From Octopus sinensis (Eukaryota): a stretch of DNA of 64,000 nt. The stretch spans positions 12,400,001-12,464,000 of the forward strand of contig NC_043023.1 of assembly GCF_006345805.1 (NCBI RefSeq). Direction: 5' to 3'. The position numbers and the translations under genes were made by a program. Position 1 is the first letter of the stretch; every line of letters begins with the position of its first letter. This document shows, piece by piece, positions 1 through 13,675 of the stretch. The notes below the pieces were generated by a model. It was not told the origin of the DNA and searched no databases. It saw only the letters and a program-made list of their open reading frames with translations.

Positions 1-288
1 TGTATGTGTATATTTGTGATGAGTCAATTTACTCATTTGAGAGAATGATTTACCACAGATATCACATTGAAATGGCTTTTCTCCCATGTGTGTATATTTG
101 TGTTTAGTCAAGATACTGCTGTCAGAAAATGATTTATCGCAGATATCACAATGATAAGGCCTTTCTCCTGTATGTGTACGTTTGTGTCTAGGCACCTTCG
201 AACTTTGAGAGAATGATTTACCACAGATATCACAGAAATATTGTTTCTCTCTTGTATCTGGGTCTTTTGGTTTAATTGAATTATTCAT
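1..288 (-). CDS. C2H2 zinc-finger gene ZNF-1 (partial, continues off the left edge)
   Basis: Minus-strand frame from ATG 288 reads [96 protein letters not shown] and is open to position 1. The fingers match fingers 2-4 of ZNF-4, so the first finger is missing. Confidence 0.9.
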   Translation of the reverse strand, partial: MNNSIKPKDPDTREKQYFCDICGKSFSQSSKVPRHKRTHTGERPYHCDICDKSFSDSSILTKHKYTHMGEKPFQCDICGKSFSQMSKLTHHKYTHT

Positions 289-681
289 TATGACAGAATA
301 ATTTATTATACATATCACAATAATAATGTTTCCTTCATCTCTATAAACATCTTTGTTTTCAGTTCCAGAAAAGAATTTGAAGCTGTGTTTCTTTCTTCTG
401 TGATCTTAATTAATATCTAAATCAGCAGGTGAAAATCGTCAACTCTTTTGTAAAGGTATCCAACCTTAATTAACCTGTAAGGCAATCACATCGTCAACAT
501 TCCAAACAGTGAAGACAAGAAAAAATATTGTATTCTTAGATTGTATTCATATAAATTTTGATGTATTGATGAATGCTGCTGATAAATTATGTCATCTTGC
601 TTTAGTTGATGAAACGACATCAAAATATGAAAGGCACATCTGAATGAAGAAGTTTCTTGTGGGTCAACATAAGGTGATATT

Positions 682-1462
682 CTGAAATAGGAAAAGAAAC
701 ATCAAGATAAAGAGAATAGTTAAATGATACACTAATTCAACGTTGCAAAATTTAACATTGTCATCCATTAAATGTTTTTAGGGGTCAGAGTTCCTTGAGG
801 CATTGAAAGACTTGCATAATGACAAGCTCTACACCCTAAATTTGTTTTCTCATGCCAATCAAAAGAAAATCAATATTTGGGAGTAACTTCGGTATAGGTA
901 CCGGATACATTTCAAAAAAATGTTTTTTTTTATATATATGGGGGGTTAGTGTTAGGGGTGGGAGAAAAGGGTTTCTGTTATCCTCTGAAATGTAAACAAA
1001 GCCACTTCCGGTACCTATAACGAAGGATCGTAAATGTTTGATATACCGAAAACGAGGAATCATATTTTCTCAACGTTGCTATGTTCTTAATTCTATGTGA
1101 TGACTGTAACTTTCTGCACATTTTTCTCTTCAGATCCCTTTTCTACCCCTTTTTCTTTTATACCCGTTGCACTATTTCTTTTTCTCCATTTCCTCTCCGG
1201 GTAACAACGTCAACCTTACCCTTAAAATATCCTTTATACCCCATGTAACAGTGGATTCTAGGTTCCCATAAACCACAGATCAACATTTCAGTTTGGAAGT
1301 TCTTCAGACCAACAAATCTATTTTCCTAATTGTTGTCAGGTTCCCGTTTCCAAATAATTACTCCAACATCCAGAGAAGTTCACAGAAATCTATTATCTTC
1401 CATTATCATTAGTAGTATTATTATCATGATTACAGCCTTAAAGGAAATCTTGATCAACTTAC
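682..1462 (-). other. Inferred 5'-UTR intron of ZNF-1
   Basis: Minus-strand donor G|GTAAGT at 1462 and polypyrimidine acceptor TTCTTTTCCTATTTCAG ending at 682. Both signals are conserved across paralogues. Confidence 0.6.
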
Positions 1463-1588
1463 CCGATCCAGATATAAACAACGAGTCAGTGATCAGTAAT
1501 TAATCAACGTAATTAAGAATTTAATTGGCGCGAAGATCAAGTGCTGCTGGAGTTGTTTCCCCTTACATAATTATATTACATGACTTCT

Positions 1589-1604
1589 CCTATAGATGGC
1601 GCTA
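1589..1604 (+). promoter_or_regulatory. CTCF-like motif in ZNF-1 first-exon module
   Basis: CCTATAGATGGCGCTA resembles the CTCF core CCACYAGRKGGCGC and lies ~130 nt upstream of the minus-strand donor. Confidence 0.6.
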
Positions 1605-3424
1605 CTCACTGGGGTCAATTTTGATTCTTTCACCCGCAAAATTTTCAAGGAAAAAAAAAAAAATTACGGGTTTTTTACGGGGAATCAAATACCCTGACCC
1701 TTAATATGCTGCAAGCCCATCATTTTTGCTCGGAAAAAAGGGTTGGGTGAGAAACTACACCCCATCCCGGAATCACTTGAATTTTTTTCTTTTTATTGAA
1801 TGAATTCTGGTGACCTCATATTATTCCACAAAACCCCTTTCTTTGTGGTTCGGAAGACGGGATGGGGTCTGGTGGAAGCCTCAGACATTTCAGCCAACCT
1901 GCCACCCCAATATTTTTCGCTGTTTCTTTCTCTACCCATTTTTTTTTAGATAACATTTGGCAGAAATGTTTTCAAGAGAGTGTGGATTACATTAAATTGA
2001 AAATTGAAAGAAGTTTGAAATAAATAAGTGAAAAATGCAGAACTTATAGAAGTTCGAGTGGTACCGAAGTCAGTGGAGAGATAAATAAGGATAAATAATT
2101 AATCTAAAGAGAAATGCACGTTAGTTTGTGTATGAAACAACTGAACGTATAATATAAAAATACACATGTAAACACATATATATAATATATATAGATATAT
2201 AAATCAGTAGGAGACTTAGTATCGGCCCTTGCCTTTCCCTTGGATAACACTGGTGACGTGGAGAGGAGAGGCTGGTATGCATGGGCGACTGCCGGTCTTC
2301 CATAAAGACAACCTTGCCCAGACTTGTGCCGCAGAGGGGAACTCTCAAAGTGCAAGCCCATGGTCAGTGTCTGACCGAAGGGGGTCTCACACACACAGAC
2401 TAGACTCACAAAAGACTAGGTCTTGGGACTGATTTCTGCCACTAACACCCTTGAAGGTGGTACTCCAGCATGGCCTCAGTCAAATGACTGAAACAAGTAA
2501 AAGACTAAAAGAGTACAAATAAATTTCAGGAGCAAACAGAAACAAGGCATTTGAATAACAAGACCACCCACGTAGAGTTGGGGATTCCATACCTGTACTT
2601 TAACAGTGTGTAAGGACATGTAACATCAGCACCAAAAGGGTCACTAAATCCCCAGGTGACAAAATAATCCCACAACAGGGAGGTGGGCAGTTAGTATTGA
2701 ACGGGTGTGCCATTGTGCCAGTTGAGAGATTTAAGGTATAGAGGAGACAGTGTCTAGATATTGAGTAACAAAACAAACACAAAATGGTCTAACTTTTATT
2801 CTGATTTTTTATTCATTATTCTTTTCTAGCAAATTCCTCAAAATCCAAAAAAAAAGGCATTTTTAGCAATCAAGTTAACTCAGAGTCAATAATTTTACAT
2901 ACTATGACAGGTTTGACGTTCACACTGACGGTATTCAATTTGATGATGGGAAAAACCCTGAATGACAGCTGACAAAACAGACTTCATTGTTGTAATGTTT
3001 TAATAAATCCTGGCATTGGTACAGTTACAATTGTTGTGAATACCCAGGTGGATGGATGTAGCTTTTTTCCAGAGAATGGTTTAGCACAGATGTCACTCTG
3101 ACCTGGCTTCTCTCCTGTAGGAATGTATTCATTTACAGTTAAGTCTATGAGAGAATGATTTACAATAGATATGACCATGATGTAGATTTTGTGTGGTATG
3201 AAAATGTACATTCGCAAGAGAATGATTTACCTCAGGTGTCACAATGATAATGGCTTCTCTCCAGCATGAATATGTTTGTTACTAGTTAAATCACAATTTG
3301 CAGAGAATGATTTGTCACAGATATCACAGCGATATGGTTTTTCCCTTGTATGAATGTATCTGAAATTAGTTATATGATAATTTTGAGAAAATGATTTATC
3401 ACAGATATCACAATGGTATGGCTT

Positions 3425-3988
3425 TTATCCTGCATGTATATATTTATGCTGAGTCAAGTTACTACTTTGAGAGAATGGTTTACCACAGATATCACAATGA
3501 TATAGCTTTTCTCCTGTATGTGTATATTTGTGATGAGTCAAGTTACTACTTTGAGAGAATGGTTTACCACAGATATCACAATGATATAGCTTTTCTCCCG
3601 TATGTGTATATTTGTGGTTAGTCAAGTTACCCCTTAGAGAGAATGATTTACTACAGATATCACAATGATATGGCTTTACACCTGTATGCGTATGTTTGCG
3701 ATGAGTCAAGTGGCTCTTTTGAGAGAATGATCTAACACAGATATTACAATGATATGGCTTTTCTCCTGTATGTGTACGTTTGTGTTAAGTGAAGTTGCTA
3801 CTTAAAGAATATGATTTATCACATATATCACAGTGATAGGGTTTTTCTCCAGTATTGATATGTCTGTGACTAGTCAACTGACTATTATAATTGAATGACG
3901 TACCACAAATATCACAGAAACATTGTTTCTCTCTTGTATCATCGTTTTTTGCTTCAGTTAATTTATTCATTGTGAGAGAATAATTCAT
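3425..3988 (-). pseudogene. C2H2 zinc-finger gene ZNF-2 with premature stop (about 6 fingers)
   Basis: ORFs 3785..4000 and 3425..3709 are the same frame, split by TAA at 3785-3787 where paralogue ZNF-5 has CAA. The frame ends at GGA-TAA (3425), followed by decayed fingers to ~3050. Confidence 0.85.
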
Positions 3989-5939
3989 TATACATATCAC
4001 AATAATAATGTTTCCTTCATCTCTATAAACATCTTCGTTTTCAGTTTTGTAACTATTTCCAGAAAAGAATTTGAAGCTGTGTTTCTTTCTTCTGTGATCT
4101 TAATTAATATCTAAATCAGCAGGTGGAAATTGTCAACTCGTTTGTAAAGTTATTCAACCTTAATTAACCTGTAAGGCAATCACTTCGTCTACATTCCAAA
4201 CAGTGAAGACAAGAAAAATATTGTATTCTTAGATTGCATTCATATAAATTTTGATGTATTGATGAATGCTGCTGATAAATTATGTCATCTTGCTTTAGTT
4301 GATGAAACGACGTCAAAATATGAAAGGCACATCTGAATGAAGAAGTTTCTTGTGGGTCAACATAAGGTGATATTCTGAAATAGGAAAAGAAACATCAAGA
4401 TAAAGAGAATAGTTAAATGATACACTAATTCAATGTTGCAAATTTTACAACATGAACACTGTCATCCATTAAATGTTTTTAGGGGTCAGAGTTCATTGAG
4501 GCATTGAAAGAATGGCAGGATCTTTTCCTTTTGAACGGCACATGTCAACACAATTTCTAGTCAACTAAACACTTTTAAACTTCGTATACTGGTAGAATAT
4601 ACTCGTAAACTATAACACTGGAATGGTAGTTTTTACAAACTTTCAGTATAACACAACTTCTTCAGTAAATTATAACGAAAGAAGACAGAGGTATGTGAAT
4701 CATAGGAATTTCCTTTTCATAGCACTGTCTCGGAGAAAATGTTTCCACAGCCAATTTGGATATAATCACAAACTACAGCATCCGAAATATAGTGATGGAA
4801 AATTTCATTAAAAGATACCAACCCAAAACTGCCAAGGAAAGAAAGACGGTGGGGCACATTTATGTACTTACACCAGACCAATTAGTAAGTCTATCAAAAT
4901 TAATTAGGCACCTTTTCTCTCATTATGCAGAATTGGAATGTAACGAACAACTTACGATTTTGATTTGCCGTTAATCTGCCAAATCTTCTGAAATATAGTG
5001 ATGGAAAATTTCATTAAAAAATACGAAGCCAAAAGGGCCAAGGAAACAAAGTCGGTGGGGCACATTTATGTACTTATAACAGACCAATTAGTTAGTCTAC
5101 CAAAATCAATTAGGCACCTTTTCTCTCATTATGTAGTAATTAAATGTAACGAACATCAAACGATTTCGATTTACCGTTAATCTGCCAAATCTTTAATCAT
5201 ATCACATGTAACACTCGTCCGTCTTTTTACCCTGAAAGTTCAAATTCCACCGAGGTTCACTTTGCCTTTCATCCTTTCGGGGTCAATAAAATACGAAGCA
5301 GTAAAATGCTAGGGTCCAGGCAATAGAATTACGTCTCCCCATCAAATTACAGGCCCTGTGCCTTAAGTAAAAAGGTTCCTTGTCATCATTATTATTTATG
5401 GACCCTGAAATGAATTTAAATTAAATGACGATTTCGCGCGCAAAGTCCTGAGTTCAAATACGGTCGACATCGACTTTGCCTTTCATCCCTTTCAGGAAAC
5501 ACTGGGCTCCATGGGTTCGACTTCTCGCTCGCATCAAAGATTTCTGGTCCTGGGCCAAAATTTAAATCCCTCATCATCATTACTATTATTAATATAACCT
5601 TTAAATAAATCTTCGTCGACTTACCGTTTTATCAGTGCCTCATTAACAACACTAATTAATATGGTATTCTTCAATCGGTCAACTCTCGACAGCTAAATAC
5701 CCTGACAGGGCCACATTACTCTCTTTCTACTAATTAATTTCCTTTATACCACATGTAACTGTGGATTATAGGTTTCCATAAACAACAGATAAACATTTCA
5801 GTTTGGAAGTTATTAATTAAGACGAGCAAATATAATTTCCTAATTGTTGTCAGGTTCCCGCTTCGAAATAATTACTCAAACATCGAGAGAAGTTCACAAA
5901 ATCTATTATTTATATTATTATTAAGGCATTATTTAAGAA

Positions 5940-6600
5940 GGGTACCACTTAAGAAGAGTCGTCCTGTGCGCGTATCCGCGCTAGCTAGTCGTGACTAGTC
6001 GATCCTACAACGATTAGCTACAAAACACAAAGTAAATGATTTTTTTTACACAAAATAAATAAAACACAAAAACACAAAATAAATAATTTTAATAAATTTT
6101 ATTAAACAAAGGCGCAGGAGTGGCTGTGTGGTAAGTAGCTTCCTAACGAACTACATGGTTCCGGGTTCAGTCCCACTGCGTGGCACCTTGGGCGAGTGTC
6201 TTCTACTATAGCCTCGGGCCGACAAAATCCTTGTGAGTGGATTTGCTAGACGGAAACTGAAAGAAGCCCGTCGTATATATGTATATATGCATGTGTGTGT
6301 TTCAGTGTCTGTGTTTGTCCCCCCAACATTGCTTGACAACCGATACTGGTGTGTTTACGTCCTCGTAACTTAGCTCTTCGGCAAATGACAACCGATAGAA
6401 TAAGTACTCAGCTTACAAAAGAATAAGTCCCGGGGTCGATTTGCTCGACTAAAAGCGGTGCTCCAGCATGGCCACAGTCAAATGACTGAAACAATTAAAA
6501 GAATAAAGTAAACAAAACACAATTTAAGGATCGACTAGTCATGACTAGCTGTCGCGGGTACGCGAGTGCGCGCACCGGGACCACTATTCGCTAGTAGTGC
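5940..6600. mobile_element. TIR MITE (GGTACYACTTAAGAAGAG family) with nested SINE
   Basis: Inverted ends ...CTAGTCGTGACTAGTCGATCCT / AGGATCGACTAGTCATGACTAG.... Relatives lie at 30451-31046, 41978-42846 and 46002-47321. Confidence 0.7.
6111..6510 (+). mobile_element. tRNA-derived SINE family A (~400 bp)
   Basis: Head GGCGCAGGAGTGGCTGTGTGGTAAG with a B-box-like GGTTCAGTCC, an internal (TA)n tract and a 3' end GTCAAATGACTGAAACAA. More than 12 copies occur in the window. Confidence 0.9.
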
Positions 6601-6638
6601 CTTGTTTTATTAAATTTTAGAGGGAACAAACCAGTCAG

Positions 6639-6784
6639 TAGCGCCATCTATTGGAGAACTGAGGAATTGAATTATCACAAGGGAAATAACTTCTACAGCA
6701 CTTCAACCTCCATTCAATTAATTATCAATTAAGGTGCTTAATTACCGAATACTGAGTCGCTGTTTATAGCTGAATACGGTAAGT
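6639..6784 (+). promoter_or_regulatory. First-exon module of ZNF-3: CTCF-like motif plus splice donor
   Basis: TAGCGCCATCTATTGG at 6639-6654 and CG|GTAAGT at 6779. The matching acceptor is at 10776. Confidence 0.65.
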
Positions 6785-7812
6785 TGACAAAGATTTCCTT
6801 TAAGGCTGTAATAGAGTTGATAATACTACTAATAATAAGGTAAATAATAGAATTCTGTGAACCTCTCGATGTTACAGTAATTATTTTTCGAAGCGGGAAC
6901 CTGACAACAATTAAGAAAATATATTTGCTCGTCTTAATTAACAAATTCCGAACTGAAATGTTGATTTATTGTTTATGAAAACCTATGATCGACTGTTACA
7001 TGTGATATAAAGTAAATTGATTTATAAAATGAGAGTAATGTGGCATAATTAATTAGCAGAATGAGGGGAAACCGATTGAAAAATACTATATTAATTAACG
7101 TTGTCCCGTTGTTAATGAGGCTAAGTTGACGAAGATTTACTTTAAGGTTGTGATGGTGATAATACTACTACTAATAATAATAATGTAAATTATAGAATTC
7201 TGTGAACATCTCGATGTTACAGTAATTATTTGGAAGGCATAACAATAGGGAAACGTATTTGCTCGTCTTAAATAACAAATTCCAAACAGAAATGTTGATT
7301 TATCGATTATGAAAACCTATGATCGACTGTTTCATGTCATATAAAGGAAATTAATTGGTAAAATGAGGGTAAAGCGGCTTGATTAATTAGTAAAATGAGA
7401 GGAAACCGATTGAAGAAACCACATTAATTAACGTTGTCCCGTTGTTAATGAGGCATTGATAAAACATTAAGTTGACGAAGATTTACTTTAAGGTTATTTT
7501 GATAATGATGATGATGGTTTCACATTTTGGCCCCGGGGCAAGAAGTCTTTTATGCGAACCTGAAGTCGAATACCTGGAACCCAGTATTTCTCGAAAAGGA
7601 TGAAAGGCAAATACGACCTCGGCCCTATTTCCACTGAGACCTGGACTTCTTTTTCGGGTTGCATAAAGTAATGATGATGATGTTGATAATGATCTCTTGT
7701 ACTTGAGACACAAGGACTAAAATTTAGCGGGAGGGCGGAAATCGATTCCGTGGACCCCAGTGCTGTACTGTTGCTTATTTTGGGCACTCCTTTAGAAAAT
7801 GACGCTTAATTT

Positions 7813-8215
7813 GGCGATCTTTCGTCTCTAGTAGACCTTTCCGTCGATTTCCGTAAAAAACTTCTTTTATTTTTACATATGGGCTTGCGGGAACTTTTGA
7901 AGTAATGAGAGCGAAAGAGACTAAGAGAAAGTGATTTTATGACGAGGGAAGTTCTTTTGAAGTTACCGTGCATGGGAAGCATTGATGTACATGTGTGTGT
8001 GTGTGTATTTGATGGGGTGTGGGAGACAGACAGTATGTTGTGTAAGTGAAGTGCTTCTGTTAGTGTGTGTGAAGAGACAGAGAGAGTAATGTGTGAAAGA
8101 GAGAGATAACTGTCTTTCGCTCTCATTACTTCAAAAGTTCCCGCAAGCCCATATGTACAAAAAAATGTTTTTTACGGAAATCGACGGAAAGGTCTACTAG
8201 AGACGAAAGATCGCC
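7813..8215. mobile_element. Merlin-like MITE
   Basis: ~105-bp TIRs starting GGCGATCTTTCGTCTCTAGTAGACC, with a perfect 8-bp TSD CTTAATTT (7805-7812 / 8216-8223). GG termini plus an 8-bp TSD fit Merlin/IS1016. Confidence 0.8.
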
Positions 8216-8660
8216 CTTAATTTTTAAAGAAACGTACAAATAGAAAATATATACAAAATAAATGAAGTATGGAAAAAATTAGGAAGATTCATCTGTTTTT
8301 AAATAGTTCATACTAAAAAGTAAAACAATCGGGAGAGGGGCTCTTGGGAACATAATTATGTGGGGTGGCACAAGGGGAGGAACCCTACAATGTCGTCTGC
8401 GAATTGTAAGACTGATTCACAAGCTGTTTCTTGAAATTCAATAAATGTGGAGTCAGTAATTTGGACATTTTTCAGCTTTTGGGACCACATAGCCCCTGAG
8501 TTATATGTTGTATAATTTATTTTCTCTGTAAACTGTAAACAAAAATAAAGATTACAAACCTTGCATACGTCTTAAACATATGTACTGTATTGTGTTATAA
8601 TTATTTGTGTTGTATATCAACACATCATAGAATGGACGAAGGTAAAGCGAGTGTACACCA

Positions 8661-8731
8661 CCTAAACCTAATGCTAACCCTAACCTTAACCTAAAACTAA
8701 TCTAACCCTAAAACTAAACCTTAGCCTAATG
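8661..8731. repeat. Degenerate (CCTAAH)n telomere-like tract
   Basis: CCTAAACCTAATGCTAACCCTAACCTTAAC..., duplicated at 32650-32732. Confidence 0.7.
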
Positions 8732-8816
8732 CTCACGAGTATGCACAGTAAAAAAATCTCATGAAAAACAGTAAAGAATTTGTAAACAAATATTGTCGGT
8801 CAGGTAAAAGAAATTG

Positions 8817-9001
8817 GGCGATCCTTCGGTATAGGTACCGTACGTACCGGAAGTGGCTTTGTTTACACTTCTGAAGATAGCAGAAACCCTTTTCTTCCAT
8901 CTTTAACCCAACACAAACCCTAACCCTAATCCCCATATATAGAAAAAATCACTTTTTTGAAATGTATCCAGTACTTCCGGTAACTATACCGAAGTTATGC
9001 C
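8817..9001. mobile_element. Small Merlin-like MITE
   Basis: TIRs GGCGATCCTTCGGTATAG / CTATACCGAAGTTATGCC with an imperfect 8-bp TSD (AGAAATTG / GAAAATTG; AAAAATTG in the duplicate near 32980). A relative lies at ~885-1030. Confidence 0.65.
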
Positions 9002-9009
9002 GAAAATTG

Positions 9010-9330
9010 TGGAGGCCCAATGGCCCAGCAGTCAAGGCAGCAGACTTGCGGTCGGAGGATTGCGGTTTCGATTCCCAGAACGGGCGTTGTGTGTGTTTAT
9101 TGAGCGAAAACATCTAAAGCTCCACAAGGCTCCGGCAGGGGGGGGTGGCGACCCCTGTTATACCCTTTCGCTCCAACTTTCTCTCGCTCTCTCTTCCTGT
9201 TACTTGAGTAACGCTGCGATGGACTGGCATCCTGTCTAGCTGGGTGGAACACATATGCCACAGGAATCAGGAAACCGGGCCCATGAACCTGGTTAGGCTT
9301 AAATAGGGTGCATAAATAATAAAATAAAAG
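9010..9330 (+). mobile_element. tRNA-derived SINE family D (V-domain-like)
   Basis: tRNA-like head TGGAGGCCCAATGGCCCAGC...GGTTTCGATTCC and internal CTGCGATGGACTGGCATCCTGTC. Relatives lie at 32988-33067, 34219-34530 and 54398-55131. Confidence 0.75.
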
Positions 9331-9394
9331 TAAATTACTACCACTTGTATCGTCTGAGGTGTTTGTTTATATTCGAGAGTGCCCGCTTTCCGTC

Positions 9395-9766
9395 TCTTTT
9401 ACTCTTTTACTTGTTTCAGTCATATGACTGCGGCCATGCTGGAGCACCACCTTTAATTGAGCAACTCGACCCCAAGACTTATTCTTTTGTAAGCCCAGTA
9501 CTTATTCTATCGATCTCTTTTGCCGAACCGCTAACTAACGGCGACATAAACACACCAGCATCGGTTGTCAAGCAATGCTAGGGGGACAAACAAAGACACA
9601 CGCACACATATACATGCATACGACGGGCTTCTTTCAGTTTCCATCTACCAAATCCACTAACAGGATAGTAGAAGACACTTGCCCAAGGTGCCATACAGTG
9701 GGACTGAACCCGGAACCATGTGGTTGGTAACTAAGCTACTTACCACACAGCCACTCCTGCACCTAT
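9395..9766 (-). mobile_element. SINE family A
   Basis: Reverse complement of the family A consensus with a small internal deletion. Confidence 0.9.
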
Positions 9767-10776
9767 GTTTAATTTTTTGGCATTCCTTCAATATGACTTG
9801 ACGAAATCAAAACATCAATTCGACTGACAAGCACGTGGATCACTGTCATGAAATGGGAAGAGGAGAAGAAAGCTAAAGGGTTGCACACGCCTGCGTGCAT
9901 GCTAGTTCCTCTGTGTGTGACAAGAATAAACACGCATGCACACACACAGGAACAAGCACGCACGCACGTACAACCCATGGTCTTTCGTCTCTTCCTCCCA
10001 TTTTATGACACTTGACCGCATGCTTTTCACAGAAACAGTAAAACTGTTTGACGTTTTTCATTTCATCAAGGCATATCAAAGGAATCCCTTTTTCCCATTT
10101 TTATAACAGTTTTTCATTTGCATTTCCTTTTCTTGGAGAGATGCGTTTCTAAAGAAGAACCTTATTCTGTTTACCTGGAAAGGATGCAAGAGAAAGTCGA
10201 CCTGAAAAGAGTTTGTGCTTTGAAAGTAAAGATGTACAGGGCCTTACCCATGGACTCAAAATACACGAATTACAGACAGAGCCTTTTGTGTGGCCTGGTT
10301 AGCCACTTGGTCCACAAGGAAGGGACTTCTGGTCAGGCAGGAAAGGAGTCTGGAGACTAAAATGTCTGTTCGAACCCTCTTTCACCGTTTCTGACTGATG
10401 GAAGCGAAATAAACAATACACGGACACACTCTTGTATAGCTTAACAGGCTTGGAATTGTTTAGAATTCTCACTGACTTGTCAAGATTCCTTCATAATTTC
10501 TAGTCCACCCTGTAAAATTATATGAACCCTTTGAATTTACAGTAATCTTATAGACTGTGAATCATATTTTGTCAATGTAATTGATTGTCTTTTGCTTGGC
10601 CTGGGAAAACAAATTTAGGGTATAACACATTTATGTCATTATGCCAGTCTTTCAATGCCTCAAGGAATTCTGACCCCTAACAACATTTAATGGATGACAA
10701 TGTTAAATTTTGCAACGTTGAATTAGTGTATCATTTAACTATTCTCTTTATCTTGATGTTTCTTTTCCTATTTCAG

Positions 10777-11179
10777 AATATCACCTTATGTTGACCCACA
10801 AGAACCTTCTTCATTCAGATGTGCCTTTCATATTTTGACGTTGTTTCATCAACTAAAGCAAGATGACATAATTTATCAGCAGCATTCATCCATACATCAA
10901 AATTTATATGAATGCAATCTAAGAATACAATATTTTTCTTGTCTTCACTGTTTGGAATGTAGACGAAGTGATTGCCTTACAGGTTAATTAAGGTTGGATA
11001 CCTTTACAAACGAGTTGACAATTTCCACCTGCTGATTTAGATATTAATTAAGATCACAGAAGAAAGAAACACAGCTTCAAATTCTTTTCTGGAAATAGTT
11101 GCAGAACTGAAGTCAAAATGTTTCTAGAGATGAAGGAAACATTATTATTGTGATATGTATAATAAATTATTCTGTCATA
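10777..11179 (+). other. Conserved 5' leader of the ZNF coding exon (ZNF-3 copy)
   Basis: Starts after acceptor TTCTTTTCCTATTTCAG. Nearly identical leaders start at 681(-), 4374(-), 21137, 28985(-), 33187 and 50560, with a degraded one at 61384. An in-frame TGA at 11108 precedes the ORF. Confidence 0.75.
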
Positions 11180-12983
<1,804 letters not shown>

Positions 12984-13675
12984 TAACTGTATCAATATCA
13001 AAATTTATTACAACATGAGAACAATTATGAATATTTTGTCTGCTAAAAGACTAGATTTATTCCCCTTCAAGTTTGACCTCATCAACTTTAATTTCATCAT
13101 TAGCAATTTGATGTTAATGAACCCCAACTTCAATATCATTTATATATCTAAATACATCAACACAGAGATGACTTTGGTTTCTGAAGATGATTGTGCTGGA
13201 TTTTTGAGGAATTTGTTATGAGAGAATAAAGGAATGGGAATAAGGAATAAAAGTTTTAAGTGACATTGATTTTGTCTTTGTTGTGTTTTCATCATCAACA
13301 TCATCATCATACTTTAATGTCCATTTTTATGCAGGCTTAGGTGGTCAAGTGTGACAGGAGCCGTCAAGCCAGAGTGCTGCTCCAGGCTCCAGTCAGATTT
13401 GGCTTGGTTTCTTTGGCCTTATGCCCCTAAGCTTCATAGTATGTTTTATAAATATGCCTGTCCCAGTATCATAACAGCATGAAACTAATAGTAGCTCTTT
13501 CAGTTGTGTATTTAATTTGATATATTAGGTTGAGTAAAAAGTAAGCAACGTTTTGAACCATGAAGAGTTTGTACCAGGTTTTTGCAGAGTTTTGAATTTT
13601 TTTAAACGTCTTTTTGAAATTGTCTGATAATACAAACATATATAGGCGCAGGAGTGGCTGTGTGGTAAGTAGCTT

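Noticed and set aside
6111-6185. tRNA gene candidates in SINE heads
   Set aside because: A/B-box-like motifs run into SINE bodies, with no convincing cloverleaf or terminator.
8661-8731. True telomere or interstitial telomeric array
   Set aside because: Short, degenerate and duplicated with its flanks. Similar CCCTAA motifs are internal to MITEs.
11150-11179. GTG-initiated MICIINY N-terminus from the ORF track
   Set aside because: Artefact of alternative start codons. The first in-frame ATG is used instead, and an in-frame stop at 11108 excludes a longer N-terminal domain within this exon.
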